A stretch of 64,000 bases of DNA from Geosiphon pyriformis uo1. Lineage: Eukaryota > Fungi > Glomeromycota. Position numbers and translations under genes: made by a program. Shown piece after piece: positions 15,806 through 28,150 of the stretch; the first letter of the stretch is position 1; every line of letters starts with the position of its first letter. Below the pieces are notes generated by a model. It saw only the letters and a program-made list of their open reading frames with translations. It did not search any database and was not told where the DNA came from. Location of the stretch: positions 62,001 through 126,000 of the forward strand of contig JAAOMT010000097.1 in the NCBI GenBank assembly GCA_016748015.1, given 5' to 3'.

Positions 15806-16941
15806 AGTTTCTTTTGGTTATCATGCAATTTAAAGAACAATCTTTACTACAGAATAACTAATCTGTTATTAATTATGGTAACTGAGATAAAATTGAATTT
15901 TTGAATTTTTCAATAATTATTTTATTTAAAATAATAAATTTTTTACATATTAAAAAAAGCCAAATTTTAATTACATATTTAATTAATAAATTATTTTCTC
16001 TATGAAAAAAATATTAAGTTAAATATTAATTTCATCAAATAATATAAAAAAATAAACACATTTTTCTTATTTTATTAAAATAAGTGCAATTTAATTATTG
16101 TAAAGCAAAATATCTATGCTATAACATACATAAATAAACAATTTTTTTTCAATAAAGTTAACCAAAACAAAATACAATTATTATTTCATAAATATTATCT
16201 TAATAGCCTAAATAGTTTAATTTTAGTTTTAAAGAAAATTTTTGAAGATAATAGTTTTAACATAAAACATTAGTTAATACTAGATCAATTACAAAATTAA
16301 AACTTTTTAAAAAAGTAAAAAACTTTAAAACAAAAAAAGATATCAATATTGTCAAAAACTTAATAAATAAGACAAAACATAATAACAAACAAATTAAAAC
16401 AATAAAAACAATAAAAAAACCTTTTATTATTAAAATGAATATTTAAAATATATAACAAACATGCAAATAAAAAAGCAAAAAAGATAAGACAAATATTTAA
16501 ATTTTTAATACTCATAAAGCTATATGCGACTGAAAAAATAAAAATCAGTGTAGAAAAAGACTTGATTGTTCATTTCTGCTAAGTAATGCTTTGTTTGATG
16601 TTTTAATAACACATTCTTTTCAAAAGAATATAAAAAATGCTGATCTTTAACAAACAGCCTTTGTATTTGGTTTCAAATTCTGAATTAAAATTTTTAATTC
16701 CGTTGTCAAGCATTGTGTGACAATTGTCTTGGTACTTCAATGAAGTACTGGTTAGTCGAATAAACCTATTTGGAGCTGCAACGAGAATTGCTCTTTTGGT
16801 TGAAAAACTTAAAGGTATATAATGCAACCATCTGTTGATTCGTGATCAAAAATTAGTAAAAATGAGATGGTTGACAGTTCAAAGTAGTTATCACCTCACC
16901 ACAGATAATTCCCCCTTAAAAAAAAACTCATCTTGAAATTC

Positions 16942-17147
16942 TCAAGAAGCGTGCTGGCAGCAACTCTTATCTCTTCGGTGTTCCCCCAACTCTTCCCAAT
17001 ATTCTACGAAATTAGAGTATTTGGTATTATTGCTCCCAATATTTTACACATTAGAATATTTATTACAATTGATGTAAAGACTAATAAGCACTTACCACCA
17101 TTGGGAACCTTATATAAGGTACCTTCCGGTACCCCTACTTTTGGCAT
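16942..17147 (-). CDS. Candidate spliced small ORF, 37 aa (MPKVGVPEGTLYKVPNGEYWEELGEHRRDKSCCQHAS), or spliced lncRNA
   Basis: Intron 17004-17095 with GTAAGT donor, CTAAT branch and TAG acceptor; a second intron-like unit at ~16832-16899; divergent from the PhyH gene. Confidence 0.35.
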
Positions 17148-17290
17148 AAAATAGAGAAAAAAGAATCTGCGAAACGCGTTAGTAAAAGTTTTTATATCTG
17201 AGTGATTTGGTTAAGATCTCAGATCTTTCATGTGATACAATTTTTCGCTTAGCAATGAAAGTTTTCGATCTCCAACTTCTTTCACAGTAG

Positions 17291-18654
17291 ATGCGGCATG
17301 AAAATCTAATGAACACAGATAAATTCTCTACCGATGGTTTCTATATTTTACATGATGGTATCCTCCAAAGATCTTTTTTTTAGGTCCAAAATAATTTTCC
17401 TACCGCTTCTGATCAAATGATAATATTTAGCTTTGACCGTTCAAGAACTAGACTGTTTACGCTTGGAATGCGATACTCTGATCAATCATATTTGTGATAA
17501 TGGTTTGGAAATCGTTCAAGATTTTGGCTGCGTAATTGGTAAGTAATACTCTAGTTTTGGAACCTTATTTCCGATGATTGGACAAATTGCGAATTGTCGT
17601 CTATAAATAATTAAAAAGAGTCGGCGAATTAATACTTTTTCATTTTGTTGGGATTCAGAGCCTTTGAATTCTGGCTTTCTTGATATAGATAGAACAATTT
17701 CAAGAAATCGTTACAAGTATTATTCGGACGTCTATCGCAAATTTCGTTCACAAATTGTAGATTGTGACCAAAATGTCGATTTGATTTTAAGGAAATTGGC
17801 AAAATTGTCTAGCAAATTTTTACCACATTGTAACCCTGTCTATCTTGTTCGTAAATTCATTCAAATATTTTTTGAATTTGAGACTCAATATTGAGGTTTG
17901 CGTGGTGTAACCAGCTTTTTTCACATTTCTCTAGTTTAATGAACAATATATTATCAAGCCACCCAAATGCCAGCAGGCTCGATTTGAATGGCACCAGGTA
18001 ATTTTAAATAGAATATTGTCATAAATCACTGGGTAGATATCGACGTTCACATTCTGATTTAATATAAAATTTCAAGGATTCAGAATATATGAATGAAAAG
18101 TGTCGCTCAATTCCATCAATCGCATGTTGGATCGCTTTGGATGATATGAATAAGGTGGAGATCCCTGAATAGATAATATCTCCAACTCATTTCAACCTAC
18201 TGACGAGGAAATTGTTAATTTTTAGGGTAATGGAACATTACACATTGACCCATATCCCAAACTTACAAATCATGCTCTTGATATCATGGGCTCAAAGTCT
18301 GATATTAATTTGGAATATTTTATCAAGTCCCACGCGTATCGTGCGTCATTCTACCAATCAACAACCAACTGGACCCTTGAATCGTCAAAAATCCCAAAAG
18401 ACAATAGAGTTGCAGAGAGTCAGCAGCCCATTGTTCTTGAAGTGAAGGCAGGAACTATAGTTTTCTTGTCTGGCTTTGTAAGACATTGCAGTTTTGGCAA
18501 TGCGAGTTCTCACTTTAGACGAGCCTTTATGCCACAATATTCGGCTGGAATAGTCCGAAAACCAGAATGGATTGATAAAACTGAATCTGCGAGGCAAACC
18601 GATGTTCCCATCGATGAGCAGCTACTGGCATTGGCTGTTCCTTGTATAATATGA
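17291..18654 (+). CDS. Phytanoyl-CoA dioxygenase (PhyH) family Fe(II)/2-oxoglutarate dioxygenase (multi-exon)
   Basis: DGFYIL; FNEQYIIKPP; FEWHQ|D (HxD); CWIALDD...NGTL; VKAGTIVF...RHCSFGN...RRAFMPQYS. Confidence 0.9.
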
Positions 18655-18774
18655 TTAGATTATTAAACAATTTAATTCAGCAAAATCATATTTCATTGGA
18701 ACCAGGAATTCTTACTATAAAAATTTTATAAAAACTGAATATGGGCATGCTACAACAAAATAAAAGTGAATATG

Positions 18775-19490
18775 ACGTCCGTTTTCCATCCCACCTGACC
18801 AACGGAGATATCTAATTCCGAGGAAAACGATAGGCTATTCACAATTTGAAAGATGGGAGGTTGAGTTAGATCAATCCTGAAATTCTGCCAGACAAGAACG
18901 ACTTCTTCAATAAGTCTGGCCGAGCACACCATGATATTCTGTTCATTTCATATATTGTAAAAACTTTACCAGAAAGATGATTGTCTCTTGTTTTAAATTC
19001 AGTATGGAAGCAAGAAATCCGAGGCAACAAGCGGCGAGGGGATATAAAAAATCGGGCGATCCGTCAGTGTAACCACCTAAGAGGCTACGGCCTCGGTATC
19101 AAAAGGGATTCAATTCGTTCGCAGCCTTGATGCCTCCCCATATTGAAACAATAACTTCCAGGAAGACTTGAAGTTGTTTTGCGGCAATTTCAATTCGAAA
19201 AATTGACGGGATAGCAAGACAAGAGGGGAGAAAAGGTCTTGGATGGATACAATGAGTAGCTTTCATTCGAAGTTCGAAAGGTCGTAAGTGATTTCTTTCA
19301 ACGGGGAAGTTGATCGAAAACGCATCGACTTTTGCTTTAATAACGCTATGGCTTTTTTGGAGGGTTTTTATTAAAACTAGTTTGTCAGAGTTCTATCGTG
19401 AACCCTGAAACTTTTTACAAAGGACGAGTTAAATGAACTTCGTATAGATGGTATTCGTGACCTTGCAGCCGTTTAGAATATTTGACATTT
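18775..19490 (+). ncRNA. Unassigned structured non-coding RNA candidate
   Basis: GC/CpG-rich relative to other intergenic DNA, no credible ORF, many stems including GAGGC-UACG-GCCUC; most G-U pairs favour the + strand. Confidence 0.4.
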
Positions 19491-19868
19491 CCCAATTGAA
19501 TTACTTAATTAAAATATGGATAATAATCCTGATCACAAAAGCCGTTCATAATAAATTACAAAGCAAAATTCCGAAATAATAAGACAAGAAAAAGTTATTC
19601 AAGAGCTAATGTAAGCGAAAAGTAAAATTTAAATTCAGGCCAAAAAGCTAGAAAGATAAAACAAATTGTATCAAGCCTGAGCTGAGGCGAAAAAAAGAAG
19701 AAAACCCGATATAATCTATTGATTACCTTAATTATTAATATGGAGGATATTGAATAATTAAAAAGGTATGGAAAATAAAGCGCAACGGCAAGATGATGTC
19801 ACAAATTCATTTTTTCCGGTTTTGTACAGCATACTCGTATTAACAATTATATAATTACAGGTCGAAAT

Positions 19869-21368
19869 CTATTCCTTTGCTTCACCAATACCGTCAGGAT
19901 TGATCGCAAACATGGCCTCAGCTTCCGGAAGACATGGTGAATCATATATTTTACAAATGCGAGTTTCGCCACGACCCTTACGAAGAAATAACCTAAAATA
20001 TATGATATTAGTAAAACAATCACCAGTATAAAAATTGCGCTATTAAAGGCCTACCTAGTTGTAGATGCGTGAGCCATGATGTTTCCACCAATAGGTTTTA
20101 GGCCAGGCGTAAACTGATTTCCATCAGGTGAACTTACTACTTGGTTGGTGATAACGACAGCAATACCAAACTACCAGAAATTGTAATTAGCACTCGCTTG
20201 CTTAAATCAGAAATAAAATTATTTACAAAAATGAAATAAACCTCATCTGCCAAACGCATTAGGGATCGTAGAAATTGGCCCAAATGATTCTGACGAGCAG
20301 CGAGTTCGCCACGGCCATTAAAATCCGTTCGGTAAAGCGCAGTAGCACTGTCCACAACAAGTAAAGCGAACCTAGAAAAGATACTCTGAAGATAAATTTG
20401 GATGTGTAATTTCTACGACAAAACAGGGTCGACAAACCTAGCACTCATCATCAACCCGGCAGCTTGTACCAGCAATTGCATTTGATGTTCAACGTTATAT
20501 GCACGTGCTATCGCTACATTCTCAAGAACTTCTTCAGGTTCTAGTTCATATCTTCCTGCAATCTCCTTTAATCTTGAAGGACGGAAGGTGCTCTCGGTGT
20601 CAATATAAATGGCTTTACCTGCACCACCACCCATATTAATAGGCAGCTATGTAACAGATTTCAGTACAAAGTTTTCTTTTTAAATCTCATAATATCCAGT
20701 TATAAAATTGAAGCTTTATATACCTGGGCATTAACCGCAAGTGTATGGCAAATTTGGCTTTTACCCGTGCGAAATTCACCGAAAATTTCTGTTACTGAAC
20801 CCGTTTCGATTCCCCCTGGAATAGAGATCAAATCATTATTATCATTATCGCAAAATTTTAGTTCATGTGCCGAGCTAGGCAATTATTTTACCGCCAAGAA
20901 TTTTGTCTAAATCCGAACAACCGGTTGTAATGTATACACGATCTTTTAATTTGAGATCGATAACTGTAGCTGTCGTAAATCCAATGGGGACAAGCTTGGT
21001 GGCTATTTATATTAGTATGAAATGGAAATTCAGTATTTCGCCGGCTAGTAGTGTCATCAATTGCAATAATACAGTACCTTCTGCTATCATTTTATCAGCC
21101 TTTTGTTCAGAGATACCTTTTATAGCAATCAATGCTTTTTTCGGCGTATATGCTATAGACTCAATGGTATTAAACCCGGCTTCTTGCAACTTCTTAATGT
21201 CGGCAGCAGAAACTCCAGCACCCTGTGATTTTTTTACAAGGCTCGATTATAACTTCTGGAAGCAGTGAACGGAAGAAAAATAAATACCTCGAGACTTGTG
21301 AGCGGCAAAGGTCCGTCATGATTCTCTTGGTCTTGAGCGTATTCTTCGTCTAGGTCTTGAGTGGACAT
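19869..21368 (-). CDS. RAD51: RAD51 recombinase (multi-exon, somewhat divergent)
   Basis: N-terminal HhH domain ([20 protein letters not shown]...KGISEQKA); FTTA; Walker A GEFRTGKS; Walker B LLVVDS; [11 protein letters not shown]; [15 protein letters not shown]; [13 protein letters not shown]. Confidence 0.93.
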
Positions 21369-21486
21369 ATTCAAAAAGTCTTATTTTGAAGCTTTCTGTG
21401 AAACTTTTTTTTAAGAGGCTGTCTTGAAGCGAGTGGTATCAGTTTCAGAAGATAATTCCTGCAAATTGTTCTAACACTTGAAAGTT

Positions 21487-21503
21487 ATTTTCGCGTCGCG
21501 TTA
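21487..21503 (-). promoter_or_regulatory. Tandem MCB/SCB-like elements upstream of RAD51
   Basis: The - strand reads AACGCGACGCGAAAA about 125 bp upstream of the ATG; ACGCG/CGCGAAA elements typically control G1/S and DNA-repair genes in fungi. Confidence 0.45.
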
Positions 21504-21735
21504 ATTGCAGTATTCGATTGTCACAAACCACATGATCTGGATCTTTATGATAATATTCTGATTAAATTTAAACAAAGATTTTTGACTAAAACAATTAAAC
21601 TATTAAACAATATTTTTTAATTTTTGTTTAATAATTATGTTTTTTAATGTTTTAATAATATATTTTTTTTATAATAGTTTTTATTATATTTAATTATTAT
21701 TTTATTTATTAACTTAATTAAATTAAAATGTAAAA

Positions 21736-21782
<47 letters not shown>
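21736..21782. repeat. (AAT)n microsatellite
   Basis: About 15 perfect AAT units. Confidence 0.95.
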
Positions 21783-21789
<7 letters not shown>

Positions 21790-22722
21790 ATTTTACATAA
21801 ATAAAAACTGTTTTCAAAATCGGCTTAATAATTTGAATTTTAAACTTTAAAGTTTTAATAATTTTAGAAAGTTTATTATTACTTTATTTTTAAAAATTGT
21901 GTATTAATTTTAATTTTAATATTATTTAATTATATTAACAACATAATTTAAAATATTATAATTACTTATATTACATTTGGTTATTAATTTATTTATTAAA
22001 TATGTTATTAATTTATTTGGTGATTTTTTTTAACACTCATATAATAATTAAAACTTTAAGAATAAAAACATTAAATAAATACATATTTATTTTTTTAATA
22101 AATATTATTTTAATATTATAACTAAATATATAATAATTAAATTACATATTAAAAAGTATATTAATTATAACTGTTGTTTATTTATTATTTTACAATAAAC
22201 TGTTTCTAATTATTAATCATTATACAATTTGTTTTAATCTTAAAAATTGAATTTTTTTATTGATTTTATTATTTCAATTTATTTTAAAAGTTTTGTTACA
22301 ATTTGTAGTAATGTAATTTTGTTTTATTATATTATTTCAATTATGCTTTAAAATTTTACATTATATTATATATCTAACTTTTACAAAATAACTTACTGTG
22401 AAAATTTTTACATTATCAATTTTCACAATCATGTGATAAACTGATATTCTTGACAAAAAAAATCTGCAACAATAAAGTTACACCACAGACATTTAGTGAC
22501 ATTGACGAGAACTCATCTCAGTATTAAGTTATCTGCTAAGATATTATAAATCCCGGTACGCCATTCTTTTGTTTTTTGAGGTTTAAAGTCACCAGATATC
22601 GCCACAGCTTTCGTGTTAAAAAAAGGAGGTGATCTTAATTGTTAAGAAAAATACCCAACTTGGAAATTATTTAAAGTTTTCTGTCAATTCACTTTCCCCA
22701 CGTAATATTAAGCAACCTTATC

Positions 22723-25700
22723 ATGTCACCTTCTATTGGGGTAGAAGACGGTGGAATAGACATGTCGCATCTTCAAGAGGGTAAGCAAGGTCAAAAGTCG
22801 GGGAGTCCTGGGCTATCGCATCTAGAGAATTCGATAGATCTGAATGGTACAACACTGCCGCCAAACCTTAGCCAACAAGAATTGCAACGATCTATGCTTG
22901 AAACGGCTCGGAATTTTCAGTATGAACCTTTGCCACCACTCGAAAGTTCACGCGCGGCTGGAGGTCCGATAAGGCATGATCGAAACAGACCTCACGTCAA
23001 TACCTTACCATATAATACAGGAGCTGAACAAAATCAACAATGGTTTTATTTAAGATGGTTAAACAAACTTCTTAAGTGGTTAAAACTTGAATGGCTTTTT
23101 GTAAGGAACTGCCAAGCTCCAGAAGCTCCAACGATTGCAGCAGTTCCCACGGCTCCGGAAGTTTTACCAAATTCAATAGCTTCGAGACCTCAACTAAAGG
23201 ACCAAGGGACCTCTCACGAATTTCCACAAATTAATTCTAGTCGCCGGGAAGAATCGATTCAAACCATCTTAACTCGCCGCGACATAGAGGAATTGGTAAG
23301 AAAGATTTTTATAATGTTTAATACCTTTAAGAAACGCTTAATTCGGAAGTCGAAAATTCTATTCCTAAATTTCTAGGAGCTTCTAAGAAGCTTAAATCCT
23401 GATGATCCCCGATTCATAAAAATAAGATCCAAGACTTTGAACTTTGATTCTTCAAACTCGGCACGACCAGAGGAAACAGAGAGTTCGTGTCCAAATAGCC
23501 ATCACAAGACTGTAGATGTTTTTGGTACAAAAAGATCCATTGCGAATCCTTCCTTTAAGAGGAAAGAGAAAAATGAAACCCTCCCTACAGAATCAGCCAA
23601 ATTAAGGAAGCTTGATTACCCTGCTGATTACAAGCACCCTCAAAATCGTCAACATTTTAAACATGTACATGAGTTCATGAACAAACTAAAAACACCCGCA
23701 ACTGAGCAACGTCGCGCTGGACAAGAATTTTTTTCGACAAAGAAACTCCCAGTTAACAAGCCACCCCCTTCTCCACCTAAGCGAACATTGGTTTTAGCTC
23801 AACTCGGAGGGATTCCATCTTCTCAAGTGATTCTTCCACCTAACAAACCACTTTATGATAGAATACCAATTTCGACGAATGAATCACGATGGGTACCACC
23901 GCCTGGCGTGATGATTCCGCCTAAAAAGTCACTAATTGATGGATGGGCAATTGTGGCGAACGAACCTAAAATGCCACCTTCTAAAGTTCAAAAAACTCGA
24001 AGTAGCTTTAATAAAGAAGTTGCTGGAAAGGTGAAAACTAGCCATCCCAAAAAAATTGTTGATACTGAAATCTATCAAGATACCAAGACTATAGAGCAAA
24101 ATGTCGTCATTACAAGCAATAAAACAACTAAAAATCGCTTAAATGATTTTCATTTTCAAGATTCATCATCTTTTGATCAATCAAATGCAATGGAAGACAT
24201 TCAAGAAAGCCCAACAATTAAAACAACTGTAGAAGGAAAAGAAATAGGCAAACTAATAGTCACCCCCAAAAATCCAAATCGCCCATTAGCTGAAACAGAC
24301 TCGGAAGATGATCCATTTAAAGTGACGAAAACTGGGATGGAATGCATCCCAAAAAACAGGATTGCGCAAGAAGTACATAAGCGCCGTCGTAAACAACCCA
24401 ATCGTTTTTCTGCTGATACAGATTCAGAAGATGGGGATTCAGAATTAACAGGTACGAATCGAATATGATTAATAATTGATATATCTGAAGTTAATAACCA
24501 GGTTCCAAAAAAACGCCCATTATTTGGGGGTTTTTTAGAAAAATTTTTCGATCCTATAGCCCACAGTGTCGTCCCTCCTTTAAAGAAAGCTAAGCAATCA
24601 GAGAGCTCGCCTTCGAGAAAAAATTCTCTAAAAAGCAATGTCCTCCAAAGTACCGCTTCAAAATTTGAATCAGTCCCGAGCTGCTTTGAAACGTTTAATG
24701 ATAAATCAACGCTGTATAGGGTGTCTGAAGTATCCCCTTCAACTGAGCCTAACATAAAGAATATGAACAAACGGGTAACTTGGGCTTCAACTGTTTCTAA
24801 ATCCGATTCATCCTTAGGAAAACAAATTAATTCATTCATGAGTCCTGAGGAGAGAACTAGTCCAGTCGATCTTTTCACGAAATTGACCTCTAATAGCACT
24901 TCCGCGATCACATCATTAGAAACACCTACGACGGCTCAAGAAATTTTGCCAACTGAAATCACGAAAAGTAGCCTTTCTGACAAAGAGGCAATCAAATCAC
25001 CATTGGATCTTCATACTCCAGATCCAAATTTAAACTTGAATAAAGATGATAATTCTTCACCTTCAACAGAAGCAAAAGATTCCAATTCTGAAACCCAAAT
25101 ATTTACACCAGATATTAAAGATGTAGTTTCGCAGAATCAAAAACAACCTCCTGAATCTCGAGAAGTCGATCCAATGGTAATATCCCCTATCGCGAATTTT
25201 TCGCCAGCCTCCTCATTGAAATCTGGCCGTTCTCAATCCACTCCTGTACAAACCCCAATTTCCTCTTCCCAGGAACTCAAAGATAAAGAAGCCTCATTAT
25301 TGCAAACTCCTCAAAATCAAATCTCACTTCAACCAAATGTCTCTAGTTCTAATGATTCAAATGTAGATTTGATGGATATTAGCGATTCTCCCTTTACACC
25401 TGTGAAGTCAAAAGAACCTATAAAATCCATATCAATACTTCAGACATCTGAAATCGCAACTATGGGGGGGAGTTCTATTTTTACTGGATTTTCACCTATG
25501 TCAAAATCACCTTATGATTTTGAGTCCAATTCATCAAACATACCTACGCTCTCTTCGAGCAATTCAGATATAAATTTTAGTGAATCTGGTAACGACGTCA
25601 TGGAGTTCATGGATGGTGGGGCTTCGAATTCTCAATTACCAACGATCACAACCGATTCACTCAATCGATCTAACAATTCAGGAAAACTTTTAGTAAATCC

Positions 25701-26158
25701 GATCAAGAGTAATACCAGAATCACTAGATCTGCATCTCGAGCATTGTCACAAAATCAACCAGCCCAACAGCAACAACAATCTATAATTAATTTTGCCCCT
25801 GCGGTTCCCACCAACATTACTTTTAACCAGAATTTGCAGACCTCATCCTCTGGATTTAATTATGGTTCATTGACTACCTCACAGCCACAATTTCAATTCG
25901 AATTTTCTAATCATCAGTCGAGTCAGTCAACATTCACCCCAATTACACCAGCAACAGGAGCCCCTCTGGCTTTGAACAATGGTAGGTGGTTAAACGAAGC
26001 TTTAGAAACAATTCTCTATATAATGAGACCTCTTAATCTTAGGTACAAATGCCAATTCAATGCCACCCGCTACACCCCGTGATAATATCTCAACTCGACA
26101 AATAAAACCCATGCCAAAAAAGCGCACTAGAATGGGGGCAGGAACCGGAGTTCGTTAA
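22723..26158 (+). CDS. Large S/T/P/N-rich disordered protein, possibly a nuclear-basket nucleoporin (Nup1/Nup153-like); 4 exons
   Basis: Introns 23296-23376, ~24452-24490 and 25982-26042 link three ORFs in frame. Amphipathic segment WLNKLLKWLKL; Phe-spaced C-terminal region; basic tail RQIKPMPKKRTR. Confidence 0.6.
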
Positions 26159-26767
26159 ACCAGGATGGAAACTTTATGTTGAGAATAGAGGAAAAGTTAG
26201 GAATATTACAATTTTGTTTTTACTCTTTTTTCTAAATTCAATATTTTAGTCTAGTAACAATATTAGAATTTTTTAATGGTTTTGTATCTTTAAAACACCA
26301 CTTGTTTTTAATTAGTATGACCTATAAAAAGGTTAGCAACTTTGAAATAAATTTAAATTTACCAAACAGCACAATTAATTCCCACCAATTTATTGGAATT
26401 TGTTTACATAAAAGAGTATGTTTCAACAGGTTCAGATACAAAAAAGTGATAGTTGGAAAAGGGTGTACACTTGAATTTAAAAATTCACAACTAGAAATTG
26501 TTAAATTTAATGGCTTTTACTCATGAATTCACGTCAAAAAGGACGCCCCAAATTCGAGTTTCCTAATTTATTGCAAGAAGGTCGATTTTTAATGTGTATA
26601 AAGAAATTTTCTTGCAATTTAGAAATGGTCAATTGATAGAATAGACTACTGTTGGTTTGTGAGGGTAAAAGTTTGAAAAAAAATTCTGTACAACATATAA
26701 AAATGTAAAGCACAGCAAGGAAGCCTGCTACATCTTTAAGATAGTTGAAAAAGCTTTCAAGCGAAAA

Positions 26768-28005
26768 TTAAGTAAAACCTCTATCCCCAGCAGTGGAGAC
26801 GTAACCCCACCCACGCCCGACGATAAAATGGACCGTATCCAAAACTCGGTATGGAAGAGATTTGGCAGCGTAAGGGAAAATAAATTCCCAGAATGGCCAA
26901 GCAATCATTGGATTATTTTCATATAATTGCCATTGAATGATTTTCGAGAGTTTCGCAGGACTAGCCGCTGCCCATGTTGGTAAAGGTAAAGGCTGTCTCG
27001 GGTCTAAAGTCATATGTGCACCAATATAACCAGGAACAATTACGGAAACCTTAACATTATCATTTCGTCCAAGGTAGCGAAGATCACGTCCAAAAGAGAT
27101 GAGGGCGGCTTTGATGGCGTTGTAATAACACATTTGTGGCGGAGAGTAAATACCGGCAATTGATGAGGTGATGGCAATTTGACCATGGCCACGACTTTTC
27201 ATTCTTTTGAAGACGGTCATAACAGTGGCGACTGTGCCGACAAGATTTACATCGATGATCCTTTGCCAAGAATCTTCCCAAGTTTTAGACTCACCATCTA
27301 CGGTGACACCAGCTTGACCTAAAAAAAAGGGCAATTAAAAAGTTGATTGAATTAGATAAGAATATATGAAAGAATTGAGGAATATACTTGCCAGCATTTG
27401 CCACGAGTAATTCAATTGGATGTCTGTTGTCAAACTCTTCCAAAATTTCCACCAGGCGTTCAACGTTAGAAATATCGCATGGCAAAACCAAGACATTGGC
27501 ACCTTTTCTTTTACATATTTCTGCTACCACGTTCAAACGTTCTGCTCGAGGTAAAATGCGTGTAAAGTTTTATTCAACAACAACAACAACAACAACGGGA
27601 GCTTTTGACTAGGTCTTTAAAATAAAACAATAAAACAATAAAAAAAGGAATGATACCTTCATCACGAGCCAAAAGTCCTAAAGTAACATTTGGGGTTGCA
27701 TATTGATGAGCCAATTCAGCACCTATACCCGAGCTAAATTTTAAAGAAAAGAATGGGAAGATCTTTGTGAAAATGGTATAAACAGAGTTACTGGGAATAG
27801 CAAAAAATTTTTACTTTGAACCAGTGATTAAAACAACTGCAGGCTTTGTGAGAAAGAGAAAATTATAAAAAGTGATTGGGAAATCCCAGAAAGCATAAAA
27901 GAAGGAGAGAGGGATGGAAAAGAAAGTGGTCACGAGCCAGACGGCCCATGCTTCAATAAGTGGTTGCAAAAAAGTGGGAATAGTAAGAGGGATTTGACAG
28001 GACAT
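26768..28005 (-). CDS. Short-chain dehydrogenase/reductase with N-terminal membrane segment (4 exons)
   Basis: TGSN|SGIG, ANAG, DVNLVG, ITSSIAG, YNAIK, VPGYI. Confidence 0.93.
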
Positions 28006-28119
28006 TGCTATCAAAGAGAAAAAGAGAATATTATTAAGACATGTATGGGCCCTATAAAGGAAACTTTGATGAGTAGAGTTAATTATTTTACCTCAAAAAT
28101 TATTAAAATATTGGAGAGA

Positions 28120-28150
<31 letters not shown>

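Noticed and set aside
16890-16960. Selenocysteine read-through of the TGA ending the 37-aa ORF
   Set aside because: The frame stays open briefly, but there is no CxxU/UxxC-type context, no recognisable selenoprotein family and no SECIS identified.
24201-24911. 236-aa antisense ORF (and similar ones at 31923, 48906 and 49935)
   Set aside because: Shadows of + strand coding exons with no independent motifs.
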